Shown: piece by piece, positions 1-10,501 of the stretch | Position numbering within the stretch: the first letter of the stretch is position 1 | How the letters are laid out: every line of letters starts with the position of its first letter | Source of the DNA: a virus | Taxonomy: Duplodnaviria > Caudoviricetes | Length of the DNA: 64,000 nt | IMG/VR virus record: IMGVR_UViG_3300042922_001473 | Strand: one strand, 5' to 3' | The notes under the pieces: generated by a model | Seen by the model: the letters and a program-made list of their open reading frames with translations, nothing else | Database searches by the model: none | What the model was told of the DNA's origin: nothing | Made by a program: the position numbers and the translations under genes

Positions 1-168
1 TTACTTTATATTATTTTCAAATTTCTGATAATATTGACAATCTAAATAAGAACAACCTTGTCTTTCTTCGAAATTACATTTTTTTGGCTTATCTAATACA
101 GTATAATCACACTTATCATTTCCTGTAATATTATTGCACTTATTAATTTCTTTCTTATCATTATTCAT
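1..168 (-). CDS. Small Cys-rich hypothetical protein (55 aa; not in ORF track)
   Basis: ATG at 168 with AAGGAG RBS at 178-183; MNNDKKEINKCNNITGNDKC...; stop at 1-3. Confidence 0.55.
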   Translation of the reverse strand: MNNDKKEINKCNNITGNDKCDYTVLDKPKKCNFEERQGCSYLDCQYYQKFENNIK

Positions 169-241
169 ATTTAAAAGCTCCTTAATTCTTAGTATTTGAA
201 TATAATTAACTCTATTACATTTTACTATTTTTTAACTTCAA

Positions 242-293
242 AGTCAATAAAAAGTAAATTAAAATTGACTAAAAAATATAAATATGATATAAT
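242..293 (+). promoter_or_regulatory. sigma-A promoter of recD2 copy 1 with AGTCAA...TTGACT inverted motif
   Basis: TTGACT(265-270)-17 nt-TATAAT(288-293) with extended TG; AGTCAA at 242-247. Confidence 0.7.
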
Positions 294-437
294 AATTTAA
301 GCAAGAAGCATTTAATTTCTCAATATTCTATAAATGCCTGTTTTTTTTGATAATTAGCTTCTTTACGGAATAGAATAAATAAAATAACACACATCAGGTA
401 TTCATAAAGAATATTTACATAGGAGAGGAGTTTTAAA

Positions 438-2975
438 ATGTTTAACAATGGATTTTCTAAATTTCCATGTGACGATTTTGATAAAAGAGATAAATCAAAT
501 ATATTGGATACACATACACTAAATACAAAGGTAACAAAAACGATTATACCTACTTTTGAAATCACATATATGGAAAGCTCAGGATTTGGAGCATATATAG
601 TTGAAGATGAAAATGAAAATACTTTTTCTGTAAAAGGAACATTTATTTCCGAACTCATAATTGGTCAAACATATTCAGTAGAAGGCACTATTTGCGTTTA
701 TAAAGGCGAAAGACAAATTAATGTATCAACTATCAGAAATGTTAAACCAGTAAACAAAAAGGGTATTATAGCTTATTTGCAGACACTTAGAGGGCTAAAG
801 AGTAAAGCTTCCCTAATATACGACAAATTTGGTGATAAAAGCATACAAATATTAATTGATAATCCAATGCTTGTCTCTGAAACTGTTACTGGTATAGGTA
901 AAAAATCTGTAACTAAATGGAAAGAGCAGTTAGATAAAATGAAAGAATCTCAATATACTATTTCAAGTCTTCTTGGTTATGGGTTAAGTCCTAAACAAGC
1001 AAAGAAACTTTATGATAAGTATGGAGATGAAATTGTATCAAGAATTGAACAAAATCCTTACTTTTTATCTTCAGAGGTTAAAGGCTATGGTTTTGAAAAG
1101 TGTGACAGAATAGCAAGAAATGTTGGATTTAATCCTAAAAGTGAATTTAGAATACAAGAAGGCATTATACATGTACTTAATGAAGCATCTTCAAGTGGGC
1201 ATTGTTTTTTACCGCAGGAGGAACTTATTTCAAGAGCTATAAATCTATTAAAAATTAGTCTTACAGTTCAAGAAATGAATGGTTTTGCTTCGGAAAAGAT
1301 TGGACAAACTGAATTTGATTATGAAATAGGTACATATAAGTACCCTGTTAATTATAATGAAATGAGAAGTTCTCTTGACATGTATAGAAGAGAGAAAAAT
1401 AATAGAGAAAAAGAAAAACACAGACATACTGTAATTTCTTTTTTAGGTGAAGAAATACTTGACCAATTGATAGAAGTACAATGTCAACGAAGAATTGTCA
1501 TAGATAAAGACAAAGTTTATTTAAAACAACTATTCATAGAAGAAAGAGAAGTTGCTGAAAGAGTTTGTTGTTTAGCAGTTGAAAAGCCATTTAAAATCTC
1601 AATAGAGTTAGAAAGTGAACTTGATAAATTTATCAAGGAAAATAATATAACACTTGAAGATATGCAAAGAAAAGCTGTGATTGAGTTTTCTAAAAATAAT
1701 GGAGGCTTTTTTATATTAAATGGTAGTGCAGGTTGTGGAAAAACATTTACTTTGAAAATAATCTTAGAAATGTTAAAAAGACAATATAGTAATATGAATA
1801 AACCATTTCGTGTTAAAGTATTAGCTCCAACTGGAAAAGCTTCTAAGGTTGCGACCAAGGCGACAGGAAGAATATGTACGACTGTTCATAGAGGACTTGG
1901 ATATAATCCTCAGATTGGATTTGAGTATAATGAAGATAATCCATTGGAAGCTGATTGTGTGGTTGTAGATGAAAGCTCAATGCTTGACATTTCACTTGCT
2001 AAAAGCTTACTTGTTGCAATAAGTAATGGAACTAAAGTAATATTTATGGGAGATACAAAACAACTCCCATCAGTTGGCCCTGGCAATGTCTTAAATGATT
2101 TAATTAATAGCAATGTTGTAAAAGTCATTACTTTAAATGTAGTAAAAAGACAAGGAGAGCTTTCAGGTATAATAAAAAATGCAAATCGCATTATCAATAA
2201 TGAAGTTATAGAAAATTGCGAAAATACAAAAGACGCTTATGTGATTTTTAGAAGAACTGTAGAAGGTACTCAAAAAGCTATAATTGATTCAATTAAAAGA
2301 ATATTAAGCATGGATGGGTTTACTTTAGATGATATTCAACTATTATGTCCTCAGAAAAATGGACAAATTGGAACTTGGTATATGAATTATCTTTTACAAA
2401 AGGAATTTAATAAATCGGAAGAAGGATTAGCTGTTGTAAATAAGAATTTCCAGGTAACAAGCTATGATAAAGCACCAGAAATGATTACTCTTTACTTTAA
2501 AACAGGAGATAAAGTCATTCATATTAAGAATAATTATGATATGGAATGGTACACAAAAGGATTGTATGGTGGATACATCTTAGAAAAAGAAATGGTTGGA
2601 ATTACGAATGGAGAGTGTGGTACAATTGAAGAGATTGTAAAAGTTAGAATAGATGGTGAAACCACAACAAGAATTATTGTAAAATACGAAGATAAATATG
2701 TGTTTTATGATGACGGATATGATGAATTAGACCATTCTTATGCTCTTACAATTCATAAATCTCAGGGAAGTCAATGGAAAGCAATAATAATGCCTATAAT
2801 GAAGCAAAATTACATTATGCTTGACAATAATTTATTCTATACTGGTTATACAAGAGCAGAACTTTTTGAAGTAACCATTGGACAAATTGAAGCCATGACT
2901 TATGCTGTTAAAACACATAAAACAAGGGATAGATTTACTGCGTTAACTGATAGAATTTGCGAGTTAGTCGCTTAA
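438..2975 (+). CDS. recD2: RecD2/TraA-family SF1B DNA helicase, copy 1
   Basis: N-terminal OB-like region, HhH GIGKK, NPY..GFEKCD, Walker A GSAGCGKT, APTGKA, VVDESSM, GDTKQLPSVGPG, YALTIHKSQGS, YTGYTRA. Confidence 0.93.
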   Translation: MFNNGFSKFPCDDFDKRDKSNILDTHTLNTKVTKTIIPTFEITYMESSGFGAYIVEDENENTFSVKGTFISELIIGQTYSVEGTICVYKGERQINVSTIRNVKPVNKKGIIAYLQTLRGLKSKASLIYDKFGDKSIQILIDNPMLVSETVTGIGKKSVTKWKEQLDKMKESQYTISSLLGYGLSPKQAKKLYDKYGDEIVSRIEQNPYFLSSEVKGYGFEKCDRIARNVGFNPKSEFRIQEGIIHVLNEASSSGHCFLPQEELISRAINLLKISLTVQEMNGFASEKIGQTEFDYEIGTYKYPVNYNEMRSSLDMYRREKNNREKEKHRHTVISFLGEEILDQLIEVQCQRRIVIDKDKVYLKQLFIEEREVAERVCCLAVEKPFKISIELESELDKFIKENNITLEDMQRKAVIEFSKNNGGFFILNGSAGCGKTFTLKIILEMLKRQYSNMNKPFRVKVLAPTGKASKVATKATGRICTTVHRGLGYNPQIGFEYNEDNPLEADCVVVDESSMLDISLAKSLLVAISNGTKVIFMGDTKQLPSVGPGNVLNDLINSNVVKVITLNVVKRQGELSGIIKNANRIINNEVIENCENTKDAYVIFRRTVEGTQKAIIDSIKRILSMDGFTLDDIQLLCPQKNGQIGTWYMNYLLQKEFNKSEEGLAVVNKNFQVTSYDKAPEMITLYFKTGDKVIHIKNNYDMEWYTKGLYGGYILEKEMVGITNGECGTIEEIVKVRIDGETTTRIIVKYEDKYVFYDDGYDELDHSYALTIHKSQGSQWKAIIMPIMKQNYIMLDNNLFYTGYTRAELFEVTIGQIEAMTYAVKTHKTRDRFTALTDRICELVA

Positions 2976-2990
2976 TGAAAGGGTTAAAGA

Positions 2991-3272
2991 ATGGATATAA
3001 AGATTAATGAAATATTAAAATACAAAGATGAATATGGGATAATTAGTAGAGGAAAAGGTCTGAAAATAGCTAAAAATGAATTAGATAATCCTATTTCATA
3101 TGAGCAATATAAAAGAACACCTATATTTATACCTCTTGGATTAATAGGAAGAACATATTTTCATAATCCCATATATGATTTGACAGAAGAAATTATAAAA
3201 AATGAAATAAAAACTATTTCTGATAATGAAAAAGAAAAATTAAGAAAAATGTATTCTTTCATTGTGGAGTAA
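2991..3272 (+). CDS. Hypothetical protein
   Basis: ORF with RBS, co-oriented after recD2. Confidence 0.65.
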   Translation: MDIKINEILKYKDEYGIISRGKGLKIAKNELDNPISYEQYKRTPIFIPLGLIGRTYFHNPIYDLTEEIIKNEIKTISDNEKEKLRKMYSFIVE

Positions 3273-3291
3273 TAACAAGGAGAAATGACAA

Positions 3292-4029
3292 ATGAAAATT
3301 GAAAATGATATTTTAGGTATTTTGGATAATTGTGAAATAGAAGGAAATGTGTTATATTTACCTAATATAACACTTGACCGAAATATCTACCAAAAGGTGA
3401 ATAAAGTAATTGAAAATATTGGTGGTAAGTGGAATAGAAAAGTTAAAGGACATGTGTTTAAAGAATGTCCTATGAATATAATTAATAGTATTATGTTAAC
3501 AGGTGAAGTTACTGATTTAGTAAAAGAATTTCAATATTTTCCTACTCCAAAAAGTATTGCTTTAAAAATTATTGATATGGCAGAAATAAAATCCTCAGAC
3601 AAATTGTTAGAGCCTTCTGCTGGAGAAGGTGCTATTTTAGATTTGTTGCCTAAAGAAAATGAATGTATTGTTATTGAATTGAACTGTAGAAATGCTAAAG
3701 TCCTTAAAGATAAAGGATATAATGTTCAAAATAAAGACTTTTTAGAAATTGATAATATAAAAGTTGATAAGATAATAATGAATCCACCATTTCATAATCA
3801 ACAAGATATAGAGCATATTACACATGCTTTTAATATGTTAAATAAAGGAGGAATACTTATAAGTATTGTTTCAGAAAGTCCGTTTTTTGGGAAAAATAAA
3901 AAATCTTTAGAATTTAGAGATTTTTTGTCATTAAATAACGCAGAGATATTTGATTTACCAGTTGGAGCTTTTAAAGAATCAGGTACTTTAGTAAAAACAA
4001 GAATAATAAAGATTAAAAAAATGAGTTAA
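3292..4029 (+). CDS. SAM-dependent DNA N6-adenine methyltransferase
   Basis: FPTP, LEPSAGEG (motif I), MNPPF (motif IV), LP.GAFKESGT.V. Confidence 0.88.
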   Translation: MKIENDILGILDNCEIEGNVLYLPNITLDRNIYQKVNKVIENIGGKWNRKVKGHVFKECPMNIINSIMLTGEVTDLVKEFQYFPTPKSIALKIIDMAEIKSSDKLLEPSAGEGAILDLLPKENECIVIELNCRNAKVLKDKGYNVQNKDFLEIDNIKVDKIIMNPPFHNQQDIEHITHAFNMLNKGGILISIVSESPFFGKNKKSLEFRDFLSLNNAEIFDLPVGAFKESGTLVKTRIIKIKKMS

Positions 4030-4045
4030 TTAGGAAGTGCGATAA

Positions 4046-4324
4046 ATGTATAAATCAAAAGAACTAATGAGTGTTACTTTTACAGAAGAAGAAAATCAAT
4101 TACTTAGACTAAGCTCTAAGTATAATACTAAAAAGGGTGGAATAATCAATGAACTGCGATTTAAGGAGGCAGGATTTGATGAAAAGACTATAGCATATAC
4201 TGTAGACAAATTTAAACGATTTGGATTGATAGAGAATATTTTGTATTCTCCGAACAATGGTATAGCTTGCTATATTTCTGATTTTGGTTTACTTGTAAAT
4301 AGTACACTTGAAAAGACAAAATAA
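4046..4324 (+). CDS. Hypothetical protein (possible winged helix)
   Basis: ORF in operon, followed by hairpin terminator at about 4335-4378. Confidence 0.6.
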   Translation: MYKSKELMSVTFTEEENQLLRLSSKYNTKKGGIINELRFKEAGFDEKTIAYTVDKFKRFGLIENILYSPNNGIACYISDFGLLVNSTLEKTK

Positions 4325-4499
4325 TTAAAAGTAAAGCAGATATTAGTTGATTAATTCGACTTGGTATCTGCTTTTATTTTAACATAATAATTGACTATAA
4401 AATTTTAAAAGAAATATACTATTAATGGATTAGATAGTCTTGTAGAAAGTGGATATTAGTGAATATGTAGATACTCTATATTAACTAATTCTCAAATAC

Positions 4500-4781
4500 T
4501 CAATTCTTATTTTTTTCTTTTCTAAATAGAGCTTTTATACCATTAAAAATTGGCAGAACTATCTCTAACGGAGTAGCAAGATTTTCTAAATCTACAATTT
4601 CTTCTAAATCATCATATTTAATGTTAACAAATTTTCCATTTTCTCTTTTAAAGTTAATCATTCTATCTGCTTTCCATATATCATTTACTATTAATTTTTC
4701 ATCAGATTTTACTTCTTGGTCTTTGTAAATAAAATCTTTTTTTACTGTATAAGTTCCATATCCTATATACTTATATGCCAT
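4500..4781 (-). CDS. Hypothetical protein
   Basis: AAGGAG RBS, ATG start. Confidence 0.65.
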   Translation of the reverse strand: MAYKYIGYGTYTVKKDFIYKDQEVKSDEKLIVNDIWKADRMINFKRENGKFVNIKYDDLEEIVDLENLATPLEIVLPIFNGIKALFRKEKNKN

Positions 4782-5206
4782 TTAAATTAATCTCCTTTTA
4801 TATTTTTTTGCTCTACTGTTGAATTTTTCTACTTCTTTTTACTGAAAAACATATCATAATGTCTTATGTATGCTGTATATATAACATATCATAATATTAG
4901 AAAAATGTAAACTAAAATTTACAATAAATAATGTTTTACAAAATATAATATAGTAAAAAAAGAATAATTAAAAATTATTTATTACAGATAATTAACTAAT
5001 AAAGAATAGGAAATAGCAAAAAAAGGAATGGTTGTTCTGTTTTAAATATTAAAAAGAAAAACAGATAATTGAAATATTATAATTCGAGATTATATAAAAA
5101 AATTAGGAATATAAATGAAAATAAAAAAGTTATTAATATTTGCGATTTAATTAAAAAAACAAGACAGGTGTTTTTAATACAAGTATCTGCCTCGTTTTTA
5201 TTCTAT

Positions 5207-6013
5207 TTATTTTTTAACCTCATTAAACCTAAGTCTATATTTTACATTACTGTTTTGTGTTGGTTCTACACCTGTAATGATATAGTTTTCAGGTATGTCT
5301 TTAGTCCCAAATGTCACATTATATTCGTCATCTTCTAAATTAGCTAAATCTATTAACTTTAAATCACCTTTGCCTTTACCATTAGCCCAGTTACGAAGCT
5401 GTTTTTGATATTTTGAATTATTATCAATAAAGTTTTTATGTAACAGTTCTATATTTGCTAATATAGTAAAAGATTTTATATATTCTCTGGGTACAGCTCC
5501 TAAATAAGCAATAGTTCCATACATAGCATGACATTCAGAATAATTAATCTCTAAAGTTGTATTTCCCTTTTTTATCGCACTTTTTAATCTTTGTTTAATA
5601 TAATTCGAATGAAAGAAATCTTCATCAATTACGCAATACTTTGCTGGGACTTTACATTCAACATAACATGGTATATTAAGACTTCCTGTATCTATTTCGC
5701 TTTTGTTTAAGCTATTAAATGCGTTATAAGCGTAAAAATAATGCCACTTGTTAGTTAGATACACTAAGTTCTTATTTGAAGCAATTTCATTAGAATAATT
5801 GCCTATCCCAGTAGTATCTCTTGGCAGTATTCCTTTTAATAAAATATCATTTAAATAATAAAGACTTGTTCCATGATAAACTGTAATAGTTGAATCATCA
5901 TTATTATCGAATGTTTCATTTGTAATCATTTTATCAATTTTTCTAAAATGTTGTTCTTTTAACTGATTTGTAATTTCTTTAGTATAATCTATTATGGTTA
6001 GGTCAAATATCAT
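5207..6013 (-). CDS. ADP-ribosyltransferase-fold protein (H-Y class, Tpt1/KptA-like motifs)
   Basis: VYHGTS...I..GILP, VYLT, FYA, DEDF and C-terminal GAVPREYI, like the Tpt1 VPPEYI strand. Confidence 0.6.
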   Translation of the reverse strand: MIFDLTIIDYTKEITNQLKEQHFRKIDKMITNETFDNNDDSTITVYHGTSLYYLNDILLKGILPRDTTGIGNYSNEIASNKNLVYLTNKWHYFYAYNAFNSLNKSEIDTGSLNIPCYVECKVPAKYCVIDEDFFHSNYIKQRLKSAIKKGNTTLEINYSECHAMYGTIAYLGAVPREYIKSFTILANIELLHKNFIDNNSKYQKQLRNWANGKGKGDLKLIDLANLEDDEYNVTFGTKDIPENYIITGVEPTQNSNVKYRLRFNEVKK

Positions 6014-6084
6014 TTGATAACTCCTGTTTAATTTATAATTAAATTATACCATATAAATAGCTATTTATCAAGAATCTGATGATT

Positions 6085-6888
6085 TTAAAATAATTCATAT
6101 AATGGTGAAACTAACGTAACAATATAATCATTTATTTTGTTATTTACTATAAGTTCTCTTAAATCTACAAATTGTGGGTTATATTTGAAACTTAATTCAA
6201 TGGTATAGTTATTTTCTACTAAATATTTCGTAAAAAGTCTTAATTCTAATCTTTTTTTGGATTTATATATGGTTGTTTCTCCTATATTTTCATCAATAAA
6301 CCCATTAAGATGTAAATTAGTAGAGCTTGCATAGTTATATGACAGGTTTTTAATATTGTCTACATTTACATTAAATATACATATGTGAAAAACATTAAAC
6401 CCTTTTATTAAAAATATATAGTAAATCTTTGGGATATTATTTTCAGTAGTAATTTTAGCTAATTTATTGAATAAACTAAGTTTCCATTCTTCTACAATCT
6501 TTTGATATTCCTTTTCTTTAAACAAATAGTCTAATTGATTGCCACATTCTTTAAAGTTTTGCATTAAGGAAACCTCGTTTGAGAGATTTTTAGATAATAC
6601 GCCTTGACTGTTATACTTACATGTGACTGTTTTTACATCAGCTCCAAATTCTCCTGGTTTCACAATGTCAATTGGATAATTGCCAGAGCCAACTGGTTCT
6701 GCACCTATTGCCTGAACTAACCACTGTTCCATATGTTCTTTTGGTACTTGTATAGGGAATGGTGCTTGATTTTTCAATAGTTCTGGTTGAAAAAATAAAG
6801 ATTTATTTATATAGAATTTTAAAACGTCAATAGATGTTTTATCAAATATTAGATTTAATTCTTCTTTTGTAAGTGGTGTTAATACCAA
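6085..6888 (-). CDS. Putative PD-(D/E)XK type II restriction endonuclease-like protein
   Basis: E...GSGNYPID...ADVK motif; KSKKRLELR near C-terminus; GGAGG RBS with TTG start. Confidence 0.55.
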   Translation of the reverse strand: MVLTPLTKEELNLIFDKTSIDVLKFYINKSLFFQPELLKNQAPFPIQVPKEHMEQWLVQAIGAEPVGSGNYPIDIVKPGEFGADVKTVTCKYNSQGVLSKNLSNEVSLMQNFKECGNQLDYLFKEKEYQKIVEEWKLSLFNKLAKITTENNIPKIYYIFLIKGFNVFHICIFNVNVDNIKNLSYNYASSTNLHLNGFIDENIGETTIYKSKKRLELRLFTKYLVENNYTIELSFKYNPQFVDLRELIVNNKINDYIVTLVSPLYELF

Positions 6889-7170
6889 GGCTATGCCTCC
6901 TCTCTATAAAGTTTCTATATTATAGAAAGGAGACATAGTAATTTAATAATAATTTAGGTTCTAATGCTCTTTATGTTGCAAATTAAACCAGCTTATTCAC
7001 TTATATAAATAACATAATATAAAAGTATACCATATAAATCGCTAATATTAATAATTTACGCAATTTACTGATATTATTAAAATAATATTTGATTTTATAG
7101 TATATAATTATATGAAATATAAAAATAAGGTATTAAAATTTTAATATATTAATTAGGGAGGATTATATCT

Positions 7171-7536
7171 ATGAATAAATATTTACTATATGGAGATAAG
7201 TTGATAAAGAATGACAATACAATAAAGGATTTTGCAAAATCCCTATGTAATGGAGTTCCTACCGAAAATTTAAGCAAAGATAATTTTAAAGATGAATTTA
7301 TGGATTTAATAACAGAAATTCTAAAAGATGATATAAGTAGGACAGACATTAATTATGAAGATTTAATGTATAAATATCGTTCAGAATTAGGGGCTTTACT
7401 CTATGAAATTGAGAACCATGGTCACTATATGCCTTTAATTAAATTCTTTGGTGAAGAGGCAAGAGAAAGTTTTAATTATATAATTAATGAGTATATTGAT
7501 ATTCATTTTGAAGAATTAGCAGGTCAACAAAAATAA
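7171..7536 (+). CDS. Hypothetical protein
   Basis: GGAGG RBS; terminator at about 7570-7605. Confidence 0.7.
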   Translation: MNKYLLYGDKLIKNDNTIKDFAKSLCNGVPTENLSKDNFKDEFMDLITEILKDDISRTDINYEDLMYKYRSELGALLYEIENHGHYMPLIKFFGEEARESFNYIINEYIDIHFEELAGQQK

Positions 7537-7824
7537 TATTTGTATATTTACTAAAACAAGAATAGTACTGATAAACAGCATTGATGAAATTCAATGCTGT
7601 TTATTTTATTTTAATTATTTTACAAATTTTTTACAACAAGATAAGCTAAACAATAAGTTCTATTTAAGTTATAACAAATCCTTTTAGTTAAAATATATAA
7701 TAAATATAGGAATCTTTATATAATCCAAATTAAACGAGCTTATTCTCTTATTTTCTTATTCATTTACAAAAATAACATAATATAAAAGAACAGATAAAAT
7801 GAATGAAATGAAAGGAGAATTGAT

Positions 7825-10374
7825 ATGAGCGATGAATATAATATAGATGAACTTCCAGATGGTGGGTTTAATTTTGGTGTAGTAAATAAAAAAGCAAATA
7901 GCTTAGACGATTATAAAATAAACAGTCAAATTACAAAGAAAGTAATCCCAAATGCCCAATTAGTATATAAAGAAGACTCAGGGTATGGTGTTTATGATTG
8001 CCAAGACGAAGAAAAGAATGATATTAAAGTTTCTGGTGTATTTTTAAATCCATTAACAGTGGGACAAACCTATGAAGTTATGGGTAAGGTAATTTCTTAT
8101 AGGGGAGAAAGACAGCTTCAATCAGAAGTTGTTAAAAATGTAAGACCTGTTAATATGACGGGGATTGTTTCTTATTTAAAAACACTAAGAGGAATAGACG
8201 AAATAAAAGCTAATCTTATATATGAGATATTTGGAGACCAAAGCCTTGATGTTTTATCCACTAATCCAATGAAAGTTGCTAATGAGATTAAAGGAATTGG
8301 TAAAAAATCAGTTGAATCGTGGCAGGAACAACTTGAAAAATTAAAAGATAATCAACAGACAATGACTGTTTTACTAAGTTATGGACTTACTGTTAAACAA
8401 GCAAAGTTTCTTTTTGACATATATAAAGAAGGAATAGTATATAAAATAGAGCAAAATCCATATATGTTGTCAGGGGAATTAGATGGTTTTAGCTTTAGTA
8501 AGTGCGATGCAATAGCACATGAAATGGGTTATGACCCAAAGGGTATGTTTAGAATACAAGAGGGAATTATGAATATTTTAAAAGATTCCTCATTTGAAGG
8601 CAATTGCTATTTACCGTTAAGTGAAATTGTAAGACTTACAAAAGAATTATTGGATATAAAATTAGGTGTTCTTGAAATGAAAAAAATATTGTCTGACCAC
8701 AAGGAAGATAAAGATTTTAAATATTCTTACGGTCAATACAGTTATGAAGTAAATTACAATGAGTTATATAATATATATAAAGCTTACTACAACGAAAGTA
8801 ATACTGCAAATCGTGAAAATTTTAGATATACTTTAGTAGCAATTGACAAAACTGATATATTAAAAGAATTAGATAATCTTGCTCAGGTAAATAAGATAAT
8901 TTATGAAGATAATAAAATATACCTACCTCAAATATATGAAGCTGAAAAGAAAGTTGCAGAGCTTATAAGTGAATTAAATAAAACTGCTACTAATAATTTT
9001 AGTAATGTAGAAGAAGACCTTGAAGAATTGTGTAAAGAAAAAAACATAATACTTGAGGAGAAACAAAAAGAAGCAGTTATTGAGTTTAATAGAGGAAAGG
9101 GTGGATTCTATATTCTTAATGGTAGTGCAGGATGTGGTAAAACATTTACGCTTAATATTATCCTTGAAATACTTGAAAAACAATATAAAAAAGAGGGTTA
9201 TAACTGTAAAATAAAAGTATTTGCACCTACGGGAAAAGCTTCTAAGGTTGCTTCTAAAGCTACGGGAAGGGATTGTATAACAGTTCATAGAGGTTTGAAA
9301 TTTAATCCACAAAAAGGATTCGAACATAATGAAAATTTACCTATTGAAGCTGATTGCATAGTAGTAGACGAAAGTTCAATGCTTGACGTTCAACTTACAA
9401 GAAGTTTACTTGTTGCTGTTGATGATAATACTAAGGTAATTTTTCTTGGTGATACTAAGCAGTTACCATCTGTTGGTGCAGGTAATATTCTCCATGATAT
9501 TATTAATAGTGAAGCAGTTAAAATAGTTACTCTTAATGTCGTAAAAAGACAAGGAAAAGAATCAGGTATTGTGCGAAATGCAAATAACATTATTAACACA
9601 AGAATGATTTCAAGCTGTAAAGATACAAAAGACGCTTATGTTATAAAAACTGATACACCAACAAATGCTCAGAACAGAATTTTAAAATCTATTCATGAAA
9701 TAATTAGAGGATTTAATTACCCAATGGAAGATATTCAAGTTTTATGTCCACAAAAGACAAGTTTAGTTGGAACTGATGTCATGAATTATATGATACAGCA
9801 AGAGTTTAATAAAGAAGATGACGGTATTACTGTGCTCAATAAAAGAATTAAAATTTTAAACCCTGAAACTAATGAAGAAGAGAGAGTGAATCTTTACTTC
9901 AAAAAGGGGGATAAAGTTATTCATATGAAAAACAATTATTCTATGCCTTGGTATTTTAAAGGTCAATATTGGGGCTATCAAGAAGACCTTGAATTTGTAG
10001 GTATAACTAATGGGGAAATGGGGGTTATTGAAGAAATAGTAAAAGAAGAGAGTTTTGATAAAGTCAAAACAAGAATAATTGTAAGATATGACGATAAATA
10101 TGTGTTTTACGATGATAATTTCAGCGAATTGGAACACGCCTATGCTTTAACTATTCACAAATCTCAGGGTAGTCAGTGGAAAGCTGTAATAATCCCATTA
10201 ATGAAACAGAATTTTAATATGCTTGACAATAATCTTTTTTATACTGGATACACACGAGCACAGAAGTTTTGCGTTGTTGTTGGTCAAGAAGATGCTATAG
10301 CTTATGCAATAAGAACACATAAATCAAGAGAAAGATATACAGGATTAGCTGAAATGCTAAAAAGCATATCATAA
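7825..10374 (+). CDS. recD2: RecD2/TraA-family SF1B DNA helicase, copy 2
   Basis: Same motif set as 438..2975 and collinear with it end to end. Confidence 0.93.
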   Translation: MSDEYNIDELPDGGFNFGVVNKKANSLDDYKINSQITKKVIPNAQLVYKEDSGYGVYDCQDEEKNDIKVSGVFLNPLTVGQTYEVMGKVISYRGERQLQSEVVKNVRPVNMTGIVSYLKTLRGIDEIKANLIYEIFGDQSLDVLSTNPMKVANEIKGIGKKSVESWQEQLEKLKDNQQTMTVLLSYGLTVKQAKFLFDIYKEGIVYKIEQNPYMLSGELDGFSFSKCDAIAHEMGYDPKGMFRIQEGIMNILKDSSFEGNCYLPLSEIVRLTKELLDIKLGVLEMKKILSDHKEDKDFKYSYGQYSYEVNYNELYNIYKAYYNESNTANRENFRYTLVAIDKTDILKELDNLAQVNKIIYEDNKIYLPQIYEAEKKVAELISELNKTATNNFSNVEEDLEELCKEKNIILEEKQKEAVIEFNRGKGGFYILNGSAGCGKTFTLNIILEILEKQYKKEGYNCKIKVFAPTGKASKVASKATGRDCITVHRGLKFNPQKGFEHNENLPIEADCIVVDESSMLDVQLTRSLLVAVDDNTKVIFLGDTKQLPSVGAGNILHDIINSEAVKIVTLNVVKRQGKESGIVRNANNIINTRMISSCKDTKDAYVIKTDTPTNAQNRILKSIHEIIRGFNYPMEDIQVLCPQKTSLVGTDVMNYMIQQEFNKEDDGITVLNKRIKILNPETNEEERVNLYFKKGDKVIHMKNNYSMPWYFKGQYWGYQEDLEFVGITNGEMGVIEEIVKEESFDKVKTRIIVRYDDKYVFYDDNFSELEHAYALTIHKSQGSQWKAVIIPLMKQNFNMLDNNLFYTGYTRAQKFCVVVGQEDAIAYAIRTHKSRERYTGLAEMLKSIS

Positions 10375-10501
10375 AAATAAAAACTATCCTTTGAAAAACA
10401 AAAGGATAGAATACATATATTAAATGAAAATTAAATTAATATAATATAAAAGATAACATATAACTGGTTAAGTTTTTTTAATTTATATAGGAGGAGGAAA
10501 T

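Noticed and set aside
4885-4915. dif-like site (ATGTAAACT)
   Set aside because: Only a partial XerD arm; no XerC arm
5069-5338. 89-aa plus-strand ORF
   Set aside because: No RBS, spans a terminator and overlaps the ART-like gene
3292-6888. MTase 3292 plus REase 6085 as a classic type II R-M pair
   Set aside because: Opposite strands, 2 kb and three genes apart; pairing unsupported
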